Assembly: GCF_001194135.2 (NCBI RefSeq)
Contig: NC_068990.1
Coordinates: forward strand, 64,539,869 to 64,603,868
Direction: 5' to 3'
Source: Octopus bimaculoides
Taxonomy: Eukaryota
Length of the DNA: 64,000 nt
The notes beneath the pieces are model-generated. The model did no database searches. It worked only from the letters and a program-made list of their open reading frames with translations, and was not told the origin of the DNA. This document shows positions 12,635 to 25,703 of this stretch, piece after piece. Position 1 is the first letter of the stretch, and the number at the start of each line of letters is the position of its first letter. A program made the position numbers and the translations under genes.

Positions 12635-13506
12635 CTCTAAGGGATATACATGGTTTCTACATTGGGAAAAGACAGAGATGACGAAGACATGTTCGAGTGT
12701 ACCCTCAAGATACAGGAACCAATATGGTAGTAAACTCTTTAAGAAATATAATTATTCAGATCATTATATTATCAAATATCAATCAATTTCTTGAACTTCA
12801 GAAGTATTCACCAGATCAAAAGGCACCAAGATAGTTGGGTATTCAATGCAGTTTAAGCTATTCCTGTTTTATATCTTGAATGGTAAAAAGGTGTAAGTAA
12901 TTACAGCTCAAGCTACAACTGCTGTTAACAAAGTGTAAATGGTTATTGTAACCTATCTATATTATTATCAAAAGAAACATCTACAAAGAAACATCTACAA
13001 AGAAACATATGGTCAAATAGATTTACCCTCTCTATATTTTCTAAAAGCTAGCTATGAAATGTGCTAATTAAGTTCTTCACTTGCAAAAAGTTTCCATTCA
13101 TTTCCTACCCACGATCAACATAACTACATTTATGTTGTCTTCATATGTTGCTATGTGGTGAGAAAAACACTTCCCACCACCACAGAAAAAGCAAAATATA
13201 AATAGTACCACTATTCCACACTATTCCAGTTTATTTCCTGTATGCACATGTTAGAGCAACAGAGAAAGAGACATACTGCTCAGAAGGATAAGGGAGATAA
13301 TGTCAACTTACAATTGATGCAGTTGCAAGTTTCAGTGGTTTCCAGACTCAATAAATTATGTTCCAGTAAAATGCACTTCCTCAGACACAGACAATACACA
13401 CATTATATTAACATAATGAATATAACTTCACAAGCCATATAAATAACAACTCCTCAAATTCCTAACGTGTGAGGACTTTCTCATGATAAAAATATTATGT
13501 ACTAAC

Positions 13507-13692
13507 CTCATTAATAGAGACACTGCCATTGAGTACTGTTCCAGTCATCACAGTTCCTTGTCCTCGAATTGTAAAGCAATGGTCAACAGAAAAAATAAAG
13601 GGTCCAGTAAGGTTTCGCTCTGGTATATAAGTGTATTTCTTTAGGGTTTCCAGCAACTCCACAATTCCCTCTGATTTTGAAGTATCTCCAGT
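13507..13692 (-). CDS. EEFSEC: EEFSEC coding exon 4 (TGDTSKSEGIVELLE...FSVDHCFTIRGQGTVMTGTVLNGSVSINE)
   Basis: Acceptor ccatcag|ACT, donor GAG|gttagt, 186 nt, phase 0/0. Contains the EF-Tu/SelB domain II motif SVDHCF.I.GQGTVMTGT. Confidence 0.95.
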
Positions 13693-13790
13693 CTGATGGG
13701 ATAAAACAAGGGCCACAAATTCAACAAATAATAATCTTCTTGCTTGTTTTCTTCAAATGTTACATGTACTTTCATTCAAGAATATCACTT

Positions 13791-13831
<41 letters not shown>

Positions 13832-14094
13832 CATACCAGCATGGGTTGGACGATTTAACTGAGGACTGGTAGACCAGGTGGCTATATCAAATTGAAGCCT
13901 GGAGTAGCCATCTGGTTTCACCAGTCCACAGTCAAATCGTCCAACCCATGCTAGCATGGAAAACGGACGTTAAACGATGATGACACAAGTATACTGTCCA
14001 GTCGGTTCTTACTTTACCAAGAAACAAGTATGTATTTTCAGAAGTTGCTTGCTATTTCTAGCAAGATGAGTAACAACACAAGCTTTTTTACTGA

Positions 14095-14485
14095 TTTATA
14101 TCTTTTATCTTTTACTTGTTTCAGTCATTAGACTACAGCCATGCTGAGACACTGCCTTGAAGGATTTTTGTTGAACAAATCAACATCAGTACTTCTTTTC
14201 TTTTTCAGCCTGGTACTTATTCTATCAGTCTCTCTGGCCAAACTTCTAAGTTATGGGGAAGTAAATACACCATCGCTGGTTGTCAATCAGTGTTAGGGAC
14301 AAATACAAAGGCACACACACATACACACACATAAGATGGGCTTCTTTCAGTTTCCATCTACCACATCTACTCACAAGGCTGGTCAGCCTGAGGCAGAAGA
14401 CACTTGCCCAATGTGCCATGCAGTGGGATTGAACCTGGAACCATGTGCTGGGGAAGCAAACTTCTTACCACAGAGCCACACCTGT
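14095..14485 (-). mobile_element. tRNA-derived SINE (family with GGCTGTGTGGTAAG head)
   Basis: Homologous along its length to the plus-strand copy at 21915-22322. Confidence 0.75.
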
Positions 14486-14979
14486 ACCTGACATATGTTA
14501 ATTTATTTCTAAGGAAGCAATGCTGTGTATCCCTTATTAAGTCAATATGAACAGAAAATAAAATATAATTCAATTCGTGGAGCCACTCACTACCAAAAAC
14601 TGCCTTCATACAGTGTGACCACAGCTGATTGTCTCTTCATTACACATCCGATAAATAGTGAAGTGAAAGAACTGGGTATTGAACTTCTACAGTAAATTCA
14701 GGCCACCTAAAAGTTAAATAATGTTATGGTACTTCTACTGAACAACTATAAGCAGGCAAAATCTTACAAATATTATTCTGTTATAGGCTGGTAGAATCAT
14801 TAGCATACAGGGCAAAATGCCTAATAGCATTTCATGTGTCTTTACATTCCAAGTTCAAATTCCACCAAGATTAACTTTGCCTTTCATGCTTTCAGGGTCG
14901 ATAAAATAAGTACCAGGGATCAACTTAACCCCGCCTACTGAAATTGATGACTTTGCATAAAAATTTGAAACCAATATTA

Positions 14980-16014
14980 TTGGGTCATCCCATAAATAAT
15001 GCAGTTTTTTTTATACTTCTTTTATTTTTCAAAATTAAGATAACAAAGTTCTTTTTTTAATCTAAAATATACTCTCCTTCATTTTTTACAATGCTCTTCC
15101 ATCTATCTGGTAGACTTGCAAGGCCCCTCTTCCAAAATTCACCAGTCCATGATGAAAAATACTCCTCCATTACTCTTCTGATCTCGTCTACAGAATTCAT
15201 ATTTTTCCCGTCCAAATGATTTCGAAGACTGTAGAATAAATCATAATCAGATGGGGCAATGTCCAGCGAATATGGTGGGCAAGACATTGTTTCCCATTCA
15301 AATTGTTCTAGCCTTTGGAATGTCATCCTCGCCTGATGGAAGAACACCTTTCATCTTGAAACCAAAGACAGTCATTTTTCTTCCAGCTCTGACTGAAGCT
15401 GCCCAAGCTGCTCACAGCAGATCTCCTTTGTTATCGTTTGGTTTGGGTTTAAAAGTTCAAAGTGGACTAAACCTTTCATATCCCACCAAATAGATAACAA
15501 CACCTTACATGGGTGAAGACCTTCTTTAGCTTGGAGTGCCAGTGTTTCTCCTTTCCCAACCCACTGCATTTGGTCCAAAAACAGGTTAATTCATATGACA
15601 TGACAGCAAAGAAGAGCACACATTCACTCTCTGCACGCGATTAGACTCGGAAAGTTTGAGAGGAACCCACTGACCCAATTTGCTGGCTTTTCCGATGGCA
15701 CGCAGGTATCGATGAATGGTTGAATGACCAAATCCAAGCTTCTCTGCTAGTTCTTCAATAGATACAATAAGATTTTGTTCCACTAGGGTTTGCAGGATGT
15801 CCTCATTGAGCTCTACAGATCTTCCAGGATGAGACTCATCCTCTAGGCTGTAGTTTCTGGCTCAGAATTTCTGAAACCACTGTTGACACTGGCTTATGCT
15901 TATTGTCTGATCCCCATATACTACACTAATATTCTTCGCACTTTCCATTGCATTGTTGCCTTTCTTGAACTCATAAAGCAAATTATGCTAATTATGCTCC
16001 TTTGTCATTTCCAT
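14980..16014 (-). mobile_element. Mariner (Tc1/mariner) transposon remnant with transposase pseudogene
   Basis: TA followed by TIR-like ttgggtcatcccataaataatgc at 14980. Frameshifted fragments include GQWVPLKL (WVPHEL-like), SIWWDMKG, and CPPYSLDIAPSDYDLF (YSPDLAPSD-like). Start-like MEMTKEH at 16014. The second TIR was not found. Confidence 0.9.
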
Positions 16015-16279
16015 TGTAGCTTTGAAAAAATAACTTATAGTAGTTAGGCCTTCAAGGATAGAGTAGCCCAGTGGATTTTGATAAACTTCCTGAACATAAA
16101 CGAAGGATAAAATAAAAGAAAGATGGAGCAAGCAAAAAAAAAAAAAGAAAGAAAATAGTAACTCAAGTTGACAAAATAGCATAATGGTTACAAAGAGATC
16201 TGCTAAGAACTCAAACAAACACTAACCCAGTTAATCCAAACCAATGTCAGAATGCAAAAGTATGAATAATGGTACCAAC

Positions 16280-16369
16280 CTCAGTTCCTCCTGGATTAGC
16301 AGACACTGCAATTATTGGGGCTTTAGCAAACTTTGTAGACTCCAAGGTTTTCAGTAATCGCTTTGTCAT
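16280..16369 (-). CDS. EEFSEC: EEFSEC coding exon 3 (MTKRLLKTLESTKFAKAPIIAVSANPGGTE)
   Basis: Not in the ORF track. Acceptor atttacag|ATG, donor GAG|gttggt, 90 nt, phase 0/0. Matches eEFSec MTK..KTLE.TKF..APII.V.A.PGG. Confidence 0.93.
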
Positions 16370-17515
16370 CTGTAAATATTAAACATTTCAAATTTTAGAG
16401 TAGTAAATAGGATAAAGCAGTCCTATTATATGAAATATACCATCACTCACTTTTAAGTATCAATCATTGGAGTGAGCATGGAGGTGCCTGACTTAGTAGT
16501 CAAGGTGTTAGAAACATGATCACAAGATTGTGGTTTTGATTCTTGAACCAGGCAACGCATTGTGTTCTTAAGCAAAACACTTAATTTCACGTTGCTCCAG
16601 TTCACTCAGCTGGCAGAAATGAGTAATCCCGCGATGGTGTGGTGTCCCATCGTGATCAGGAATCTATACGCCAAGGAAACTGAGAAACCAGCCCTCATGA
16701 GTCAGAATGATTTGAGATGGAATCTTTACCTTTACCATTGGAATGAATTGAGGAATAAAAACTCTGGGTGAATAATACAAAACAGAAACTAAAATGAGTA
16801 GGAGCATTAATATATGCAAGTCAATAGTGGCTTGCATTAATGCATGCACATTAATTCATATAACTATTCAAGAGCAGAAAGCTTTTGCAAATTTGTCTTC
16901 TGCACACAGGAATTCATACAATTATGCAAAAAAATTTTTTGCATGTGATTTAAAAGCAATTTAGCTGTTATTTTTCGTACATCTCATGATCACCTCATAC
17001 CTTTCTTGTCTCTTTGTCACTCTGACATATATTAATGTTTTTCAATATTTTTCTTCCCATAAATACATTTAATGGAATGGAGATGCATTGAGATTTAAGC
17101 AAAAAAAAAATTGGGTTTTTCTGTATTTTAAACTCTGATTTAAAAAAAAAATTCGAAAAAGAGCAGAACTTTTAGGATTCATGGGGCAGATGAGGTTTGA
17201 AAAATATTAAAACAGAAAAATATTTTTTTTCTCCATAATTATATGAATTCCTATGTGTAGAACACAACTTTGCAAAAATTTTCTGAAAATTCTAAAAATT
17301 AGAAACCTTATGAGAGGTTATATGGGGTGCTTAAACCAGAATTCTGCTTATTCAACTTAAATGATGGTGAATTTCATAGTGATTATGAGCCAACCTTTTC
17401 AGTTCATAGCAGCAGTTAGAAGAGTCTTGAAATGGCTACTATTCTGACTAAATCACACTGGCAGAGATAGTTGCACACAAGCCAAACCTAAAATATCATA
17501 GAGAATGCAGTCAAT

Positions 17516-17835
17516 GGAAGGTGCATGACCCAGTGGTTAGAGCATCAGGCTCACAATCATGAGGTAGTGAGTTCCATTCCCAGAGCGGCTGTGTTCTTGA
17601 GCAAGACACTTTATCTCATGTGGCTCCAGTTCACTCATCTGTAGAAATGAGTTGTGATGTCACTGGTGCCAAGCTGTATTGACTTTAGCCTTTCCTTTGG
17701 ATAACATCAATGGTGTGGAGAGGGGAGGCCAGTATGCATGGGCAACTGCTTGTCTTCCATAAACTTTGCCCAGATTTGTGCCATGGTGGGTAACTTTCTA
17801 GGTGCAATCCTATGGTCATTCATAACCATAGGGTG
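17516..17835 (+). mobile_element. tRNA-derived SINE (second family)
   Basis: Head gacccagtggttagagc...gagttccattcc resembles Pol III A and B boxes. Homologous copies at about 16480-16760 and 53220-53550. Confidence 0.7.
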
Positions 17836-18004
17836 GATGTCTTAACAGTCAATGGAAAAAACATCCTTGTGGAATGGAATATTTAGAATCATGAACGGAG
17901 AGAGTAAAATAAAATAATGAACACATGAAGCTAAGAGGGAAAAATTAAGATGTCAGGAAGTTTGTTTATGACCTTCGTTTATGACGGTCTGAAATGAAAC
18001 TTAC

Positions 18005-18174
18005 TTTTTCAATTGTAGCAGCCTTTTTAGCCGGTGGCAACAAATCTGTCTTATTAAGTACAACCACCATTTTCTCACAGGCAATCTCTCCAACAACAAG
18101 ACACTCAGCAGTTTGAGTTTGAATTCCTTTAGTGATGTCAACAACCAAAATCATAAGGTCAATAATCTGGGCAC
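18005..18174 (-). CDS. EEFSEC: EEFSEC coding exon 2 (GAQIIDLMILVVDITKGIQTQTAECLVVGEIACEKMVVVLNKTDLLPPAKKAATIEK)
   Basis: Acceptor ttcattag|GT completes the split Gly codon from exon 1; donor AAA|gtaagt; 170 nt. Contains the G4 NKxD motif. Confidence 0.96.
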
Positions 18175-18984
18175 CTAATGAATGGAAAAACAAAATATTA
18201 AATAATTAAAAGAATATCTATTCTTCTTTGAGCAACATCAGAATGGGGACTTTGTGGTAATTTAATCAAGTCTGGTGCTTATATAAATAACTGAATTTGT
18301 AAATGAGATTGAGAAAACAAAGCACAGTAAATCATTTGGCTCAGCATTTTATACACTGTACCAACTCTACTGTTTATGTTTGGTCTTTGTGAATTGAATT
18401 TCAGCTCAGTATATTACTGGTATTAGTGTCATATTCATTTACTACAAACTAGCTTAAAAGCCACACTCCATGCAGACTTTTAAGTTAGCTACTGTGGAGG
18501 GCTAATTGTGCCTGTGGCCCAAAACTAAAGAGTGTCAAACAGCATGACTATTTACAATGACTATATGCCCTAGTGGGGTTTGATCAGAGGTTAAGGACGG
18601 ATGAGAATTAATTCTGTAATGCAATCATTAGACCCAAGTTGAATTCCAACTGTTGGCCAATATGTCCCAAAGTACTTGTCTTGAGGTAAAATTAATGAAA
18701 TGAATGTCATTTATCTCTCCACTTGATCTCTGACGTCATCAGACAGACACCAACCAAGATGGCATGAATCAGCCAAGCTTTACCTGCTGGAAATAGCAAA
18801 CCCAAATGCTTTTAAATCAGATCCTAATGCAGGATGTTCAAGAACCAAATGAAGGACAGATTTTTAATCCCAGGATTATCCTGATTCCAAAACGGTATAT
18901 GTCTATGTAGAGCAAATGTAGGCTGAAATACAGGCATCCCAGACAGACAGCATTTCACATTGATTATTATAGATAATTATTATG

Positions 18985-19340
18985 CTGGTACTCCGTCGCT
19001 TACGACGTCTAGGGTTCCAGTTGATCCGATCAACGGAACAGCCTGCTCATGAAATTAACGTGCAAGTGGCTGAGCACTCCACAGACACATGTACCCGTAA
19101 CGTAGTTTTTGGGGATATTCAGCGTGACACAGTGTGACAAGGCTGACCCTTTGAATTACAGGCACAACAGAAACAGGAAGAGTGAGAGAAAGTTGTGGTG
19201 GAAGAGTACAGCAGGGTTCACCACCATCCCCTGCCAGAGCCTCGTGGAGCTTTAGGTGTTTTCGCTCAATAAACATTCACAACGCCCGGTTTGGGAATCG
19301 AAACCGCGATCCTATGACTGCGAGTCCGCTGCCCTAACCA
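18985..19340 (-). mobile_element. tRNA-derived SINE
   Basis: Minus-strand head GGAGGCGCAATGGCCCAGTGGTTAGGGCAGCGGACTCGCAGTCATAGGATCGCGGTTTCGATTCCC has A and B boxes but continues into a non-tRNA body. A related copy lies at about 12130-12310. Confidence 0.7.
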
Positions 19341-20985
19341 CTGGGCCATTGCGCCTCCACAGATAATTATTATACTTATGTTAGCATGATCATAATTTTT
19401 GATATGTTTATTAATGCTATATCAATTTAATTACTACAGATTATTTACAAATGTCTAGCTGGTATACCCTCCCCCACCACCACCACCACACCTTACTTCT
19501 CCTACTCTTATCAATATGGAGACAGCTTCATTCTCATGGTCTAGACTACCTTAAATTCCCTGTCTACAGAGCAGAAACAACCTTTATTCATAAAGACCTT
19601 ACATTGTCACATCACACTCATGAGGTGGCTTTCCAGCTGTAGTGAAAATAACCAAGAAAAGTGTTCTGTCCCAAATTGTACAGGGAAAACACAGACACTG
19701 CAAACTACACCATTGGCAATCCCACTGTTCATAACAACCTAAGGCATTTGCTATTAGTCTATCACAGTATATTGCTTGGTAGTTAAATGAGAGACAGCCA
19801 TACGCCAAGCTACCTTAGATCACCAATGTAGTTTTCCTTAGTAAACAAACCCCATTCCCCTCTCATCCAAGATAATAATTAACAATTTCTTTCTTAATAT
19901 ATAAAATCAAATCTAGAAACACAATATAAAAGATCAAAGAAAAAAATTATTGAGAGGTTGAGAGTCCACAGTTGAACTACCAATAACAAAATGAAAAAAC
20001 TGACATCAAAATGTTAATGTAGACATGAGCAATGTTAAATTGATGTTAAAATTAAGGTAGACAAGAGGGCTGTTAATCCTACTGTATAATGTGAAAGAAT
20101 ACTTGGTGTTGAGCAGTAAGTAACTGGTGGAGATATCCTTAGAAGACATAAACCAAGAAAGATTCATGATGAAGTTACAAAAAACAGCAGCAAAAAATGT
20201 TAGGCTTGATACGATTTAAATACATGACAACATACCAGCATGGAGAAAAAGAGGAATCAAATGAAAGAAAGATAAGTAAAATAAAGCTGTAAAAATTCTT
20301 CTGATTTTAAAGCTTGATCTTGTGAAAATGGCATCTACACAGAATGGAAAAACATAGAAAAGTATATAATGCTAGATAATAAATCTTAGCCCGTTTAACC
20401 TTTTTGATATCAACTCACTTGAGACTGACCTTGGTTCTATGATACAAACTTCTTTTAAAGTGACCTAAAGTAAAAACTTTCCATAACAATTTTGTTCCAA
20501 ATACCATTTTCATAATCCTTTCTACTATAGGCACAAGGCCTGAAATTTTGGGAGAGTGGGTAGTCAATCATATTGACCCTGGGGCTCTACTGGTTTGTCA
20601 TTAACTCAGAGACCTGGGAGAGCCTTGCAGCTATCCGGCCAACATGGAGGAGCACCTTGAATGAACACCACAAGTCAGGGGAAAAGAGGTTAATAAGCAC
20701 AACAGTATGTGTGAGCCCATCAAAAGGAGCACAGTGACTCCAATGGACATTAAGACTGTATACAAATGTGCTCTATGTGACAGACTGTCACTCATGTATA
20801 GGTCTGTTTAGCCACCTGAAACACCTGTTTTCAGCTCCAGCTGAGCTGAAAACAGCAAGGATATAACCCATGGTCAGCAACTGACCAAAGGAGGGCTCTA
20901 CTGGTACATATTTCATCAACCTCAAAAAGATGAAAGGCAAAGTCAACCTCAGTGGAATTTGAATGCACCCAGCGTCGTCTTTCTG

Positions 20986-21312
20986 GCACTTGTGCCTGTG
21001 ACATGTGTAAGGATTTTCGAGCGAGATCGTTGCCAGTGCCCCTGGACTGGCTCTTGTGCGGGTGGCACATAAAACACACCATTTTGAGCGTGGCTGTTGC
21101 CAGTACCGCCTGACTGGCCTTCGTGCAGGTGACACGTAAAAGCACCCACTACACTCTCTGAGTGGTTGGCGTTAGGAAGGGCATCCAGCTGTAGAAACTC
21201 TGCCAAATCAGATTGGAGCCTGGTGTTGCCATCCGGTTGCACCAGTCCTCAGTCAAATCGTCCAACCCATGCTAGCATGGAAAGCGGACGTTAAACGATG
21301 ATGATGATGATG
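20986..21312 (+). mobile_element. SINE or short retroposon with RTE-type tail, internally duplicated 5' unit
   Basis: Two tandem gttgccagt...gactggc units, then the family body, ending gttaaacgatgatgatgatga. Confidence 0.8.
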
Positions 21313-21373
21313 ACAAAATGCTTAGTGGCATTTTGCCTGAGATGCCAACGATTCAGCCAGCTTCCCACCTTAA

Positions 21374-21595
21374 CCCTTTTGATACCGACCAGCCTGAAAC
21401 TGCCTCTGGCTCTGTAGTACAAATGTCTTGTTCTCAAAGATTCTGAATTAAAGTCTTCCACCAAATTTTAGTCACAATTTACGTTCCTAACACTAGCTTA
21501 ATGATAACTAAGTTATTTTCCTAAATTCTTTCTTATATTTAAAATTAATTGAAAGAAACACAGAGCATCTCAACAGAAATATGGTAACAAAAGGG
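21374..21595. mobile_element. piggyBac-type MITE (TTAA target, CCC...GGG ends)
   Basis: ttaa|cccttttgatacc ... ggtaacaaaaggg|ttaa; 12 of 13 TIR positions match. Confidence 0.7.
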
Positions 21596-21914
21596 TTAAA
21601 TATCATTTTAATAAAGGCAGAATTATTTTAACTTCCTTATTTTCAACAGTAACTGAAACAAAGGTAGTGTATATTAATAGAAATATGGTAAGAAAAGGTT
21701 GAACCCAATAAGTTGGACCTTTGACTGGTAGATGACTACCTTAAGTATTCGGGCAGTGAATATCATTGAGATGGAATACAAATGTAAGCAGACCCACCAC
21801 ATAAATGTTTGGCTGACGTTAAGTTCAGCCCCCATCTTGTTGATATGAGGGATTTTGGATTTGACAGTTTAACCAGATTTGTTATGAAGATTTTGAAAAA
21901 CTTCTTTCAATAAT

Positions 21915-22322
21915 AGGCGCAAGAGTGGCTGTGTGGTAAGTAGCTTGCTTACCAACCACATGGTTCTGGGTTCAGTCCCACTGCATGGCACCTTGGGCAA
22001 ATGTCTTCTATAGCCTCGGGCCAACCAAAGCCTTGTGAGTGGATTTGGTAGACAGAAACTGAAAGAAGCCCGTTGTATATATGTATATATGTGTGTGTGT
22101 GTGTCTGTCTGTCCTCCCCATCCCCTCCAACATCACTTGACATCCAATTCTGAGTGTGTTTACGTCCCCCATAACTAAGCAGTTCGGCAAAAAGAGACCG
22201 ATAGAATAAGTACTAGGCTTACAAAGAATAAGTCCTGGGGTCGATTTGCTCAACTAAAAGGTGGTGCTCCAGCATGGCCACAGTCAAATGACTGAAACAA
22301 GTAAAAGAATAAAAGAGAAAGA
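21915..22322 (+). mobile_element. Full-length tRNA-derived SINE
   Basis: Head aggcgcaagagtggctgtgtggtaag...gggttcagtccc, central (TA/TG)n tract, tail ...actgaaacaagtaaaagaataaaaga. Many copies in the window. Confidence 0.85.
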
Positions 22323-23372
22323 ATCAACTCTGATTTGATATTCTACCAATTAAACACCAGGACAAATACTTTCATACTTTTATAATGATAGTAGATAATA
22401 TTCAAAAGTCAACGTTTACGTTTATTATCATTATGTTCTTATGTAATATAGTTTACAAGACTTTATCATCTGCATCTCTTCAAGAAGAGTGATAACATAT
22501 TTCTAATCTTTCATTTAGCATCACAGAATCAATCTGTACATAAAAACCAAAAAACTTTACCTGGCATGGCCTCATTACAAGCTACTAGACCAAGCCAAGT
22601 CAAAGCTGCTTCACCTCCTTCAATTAGATGTAACAGTTAAGAAATCCTTAGCACAATCTAATAAAACATTATACAAGATGTTTAACTGCCAACTCACCTG
22701 CCAAGTTACAGACTCAGCTACAACAAGATTTCAATATCAGTGCTATAATAAACACTTGTTTTCCAAAATTTTTATGATAGGATACAAAATGACAGAAATG
22801 TTCCCAGCTTGTAATTGTTTTCTTATCCAGGATACTGCTAGAGAGAATATTTTAGTTATCCAATAACTCGCAAAATCAAACATATCTTTTACTAAAGAAT
22901 TCCAGGCACTGATTTTAGCTGACTGAAATGGTTCTTGTCACTTCATGAAATGAACTACAGGATAACATGCCTAGAGGTGATTTTCTTGTGATAAGCAATT
23001 TTCCAAAAATACTAAAATGTAGAAGAAAAAAAATGGGTGTAGATAGATGAATAGTTTAAAAAAATTATCTGGAATGGAACAGGGACTTGCAGACAACTAG
23101 AATAATGATAGTAGTCATTAAACTGGCTTTTGATTTGATTAGTTGACTCTAATTTATCTGAGACAAAATCATCCCTTTCACTTATATAAAAATATGAACA
23201 GTAAAATGATGTTTTAGCTTAGCATGGAGTTTTAGCCTGAATGTATATAAAATCCAGGTTACATTTTATTTGTTTAAAGTGTGTGTGAAGGGAATGTACG
23301 GCTGGTGTACTTCAACCTTGATCTTCCAAGATATAAAATTAAATGGAAATGTTCTAAGTGATATAGCTAATA

Positions 23373-23408
<36 letters not shown>

Positions 23409-23486
23409 CAAAGACGAAAGCTAACGATATCCTAAAGACCTAATAATAGTTATGTATGTGTTTTTTCGTGTTTTGTTCGAAAGGTA

Positions 23487-23572
23487 ACCACTCCTGAAGA
23501 AGTGCCAAACGTCTAAATCCAATGGACCAGTCACTGGATAAGTTTGGCACAGAAATGTTAACATAGAGTGGT
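23487..23572 (+). ncRNA. Type I hammerhead ribozyme motif (Penelope-like element type)
   Basis: Stem I ACCACTC (23487-23493) / GAGTGGT (23566-23572); core CTGAAGA (23494-23500); stem II GTGCCAAAC / GTTTGGCAC; GAAA (23552-23555); palindromic stem III ATGTTAACAT; cleavage triplet AUA (after 23565). AATAAA follows directly. Confidence 0.75.
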
Positions 23573-23645
23573 GAATAAATCGATATATCGAATTTGAAGT
23601 CTCTGTCTCTTTTGAATATGAAAATTTAAAAGTTTAAAAACCTTA

Positions 23646-23686
<41 letters not shown>

Positions 23687-25703
23687 CTAAATCTTTAGTT
23701 AAAAATAAATCAGACTTACTTCCTAATTGGTGCCCTCAGACATATGATTAAGATAACCCTTTTTGTTTACCTAGTAAATAATGTGCTAACATGCAACTGG
23801 TTGCTCAGTGGCAGTTGGTCACTTTGTAAAAAGAAATTGAGACTATCTAAAAGAAAATTGAGGAAATAATTTGGTACAATGAACAAGTGAGATAGTTTAC
23901 TTTCTGGATCCCTGATATGACATTTATATAAAAAGAACATTCTGGACACTTAAAATAATTATATGTAATGCATTAATGGAAATAATTACATCATAATGCA
24001 AAATATAAATAAGATAATGCATTGTAAATTGTGTTAAAAAAATGTAAAAAATATGAATTAATATTTTGTATCTGTCCAAAACAGAAACTGACAATTTATG
24101 CACCATTAACAATACATTCAAGACTAATCCAGTTACATCTTGAAGTTTATACATCACATGATATATGGTTGGTTAGCAATGATGTCACAGAATTTCCTTG
24201 CATCAATTCTTGTATTCTTTTACTGGTTTCAGTTACTGGACAGTAGCCATGCTTAGACACATGAATTTTAATAAATTATATCAACCAAATTCCTTTTTAC
24301 TTTGTTGCAAAGTGGACATTAGCATAACAGGAATTAACTTGGACAAACACCACAGGGTATTTCTGTTCACACATACCCCTATTTACTTCTAGCTGATATA
24401 AACACACACACACACACACACAAATGACTTCTGCACAGTTATTCACAAGCTATGGCTATGGTAGACAGGAACGAATTTAGAGCTGTAAGATTGCAAAACA
24501 AACTTAGTCACAGTCATCATTGTACTTAATAGATATATATATTTTTTTTTAATAATGAGATGCATAAATATTTGGATAATTTTCCTCTTGGTTCTTCTTT
24601 CAAAATGGAAAATGGAAAATGGGTGTTAATCAATCACACAATAGTTATAGCTGTTGTGTTTAAGATATAGGTTGTATGTGTTATAGAAGTAATCTCACAA
24701 AATATATTGTAACAAACAACTTTTGGCAGAATTCTGGTTTAATCACCCTTATAACTTTTTTAATTTTTGGGAATCTTCAGAAAATTTCTGTTCTACAGAT
24801 GGGAATTCATATGATAATGAAATTTTTTGTATTTTTACTTTTTAATTCCCCACCACCACCACCAATCTTATCCGAATTTTTGTTTTTAAATTAGTTTAAA
24901 ATATGAGTAGTCCAGGATTTTTTGCTTAGATCCTAGAAATGGGTCACCCTTGGGTGCATCATGCCATTAAATGTGTTTATGGGGAGAAAAATATTAAAAA
25001 AACATTGATACATGCCAGAGTGACAAAGAAACGAGGAAGGTATCAGTTGGTCGTGAGATGTGTTAAAAACACCAATTAAATCGCTCTTAAATGAGACAAT
25101 TTCTTTCTTTCCATAATTGTATGAATTCCCATGTACAGAACACAATTCTTTTTTTCATAATAGGATGAATTTCCGTCTATAGAACACAAATTCGCAAAAA
25201 TTTAATGAAAATTTAAAAAAAAAAATTGAGAGGTGCTTAAAACTAAAATTCCACCCAATCTCTTGCTAAAAAAATTACCACCAAAAATACTACAATACGT
25301 ATGGACACAAGGCATCAAAAGAACTTTCTAGACACCATTTATTTGGTTGTTTCCAAATCTCATATTAATATTCTGCTGTGTTATAAACACTGTGATATCT
25401 GCTGGGCAGTTACAAATTTCTCAAGAACTAGAGTCTGGTGTGAGATATGTGAAACACCACTAACTGTTAACACTGACAGGTTAAACAATTTTTGAAACTG
25501 AGATTTGTTGTTTAATTGGTAGCGTGTTATTTCCCTTACTTCAATTGTTTAATATAAGGTAGCTTTCGTTTTGTACTGGAGATGACGAAGGACATACTTA
25601 AAAACGTATTCAGCAAATTTACAGATTGTTAAGGGGAAATTTTTGGTTAAAGCGGCGCCATTCAAATTGAAGTCAATAACTGTGCAGTATTTATATAAAT
25701 AAC

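Noticed and set aside
19270-19340. tRNA-like sequence with A and B boxes (also 57540-57610 and 21915-21985)
   Set aside because: No complete acceptor stem, and each continues into a repeated SINE body, so these are SINE heads rather than tRNA genes.
24425-24515. Possible third box C/D RNA (CAATGATGA on the minus strand)
   Set aside because: No box D CTGA or terminal stem at a suitable distance, and no similarity to the two intron 5 copies.
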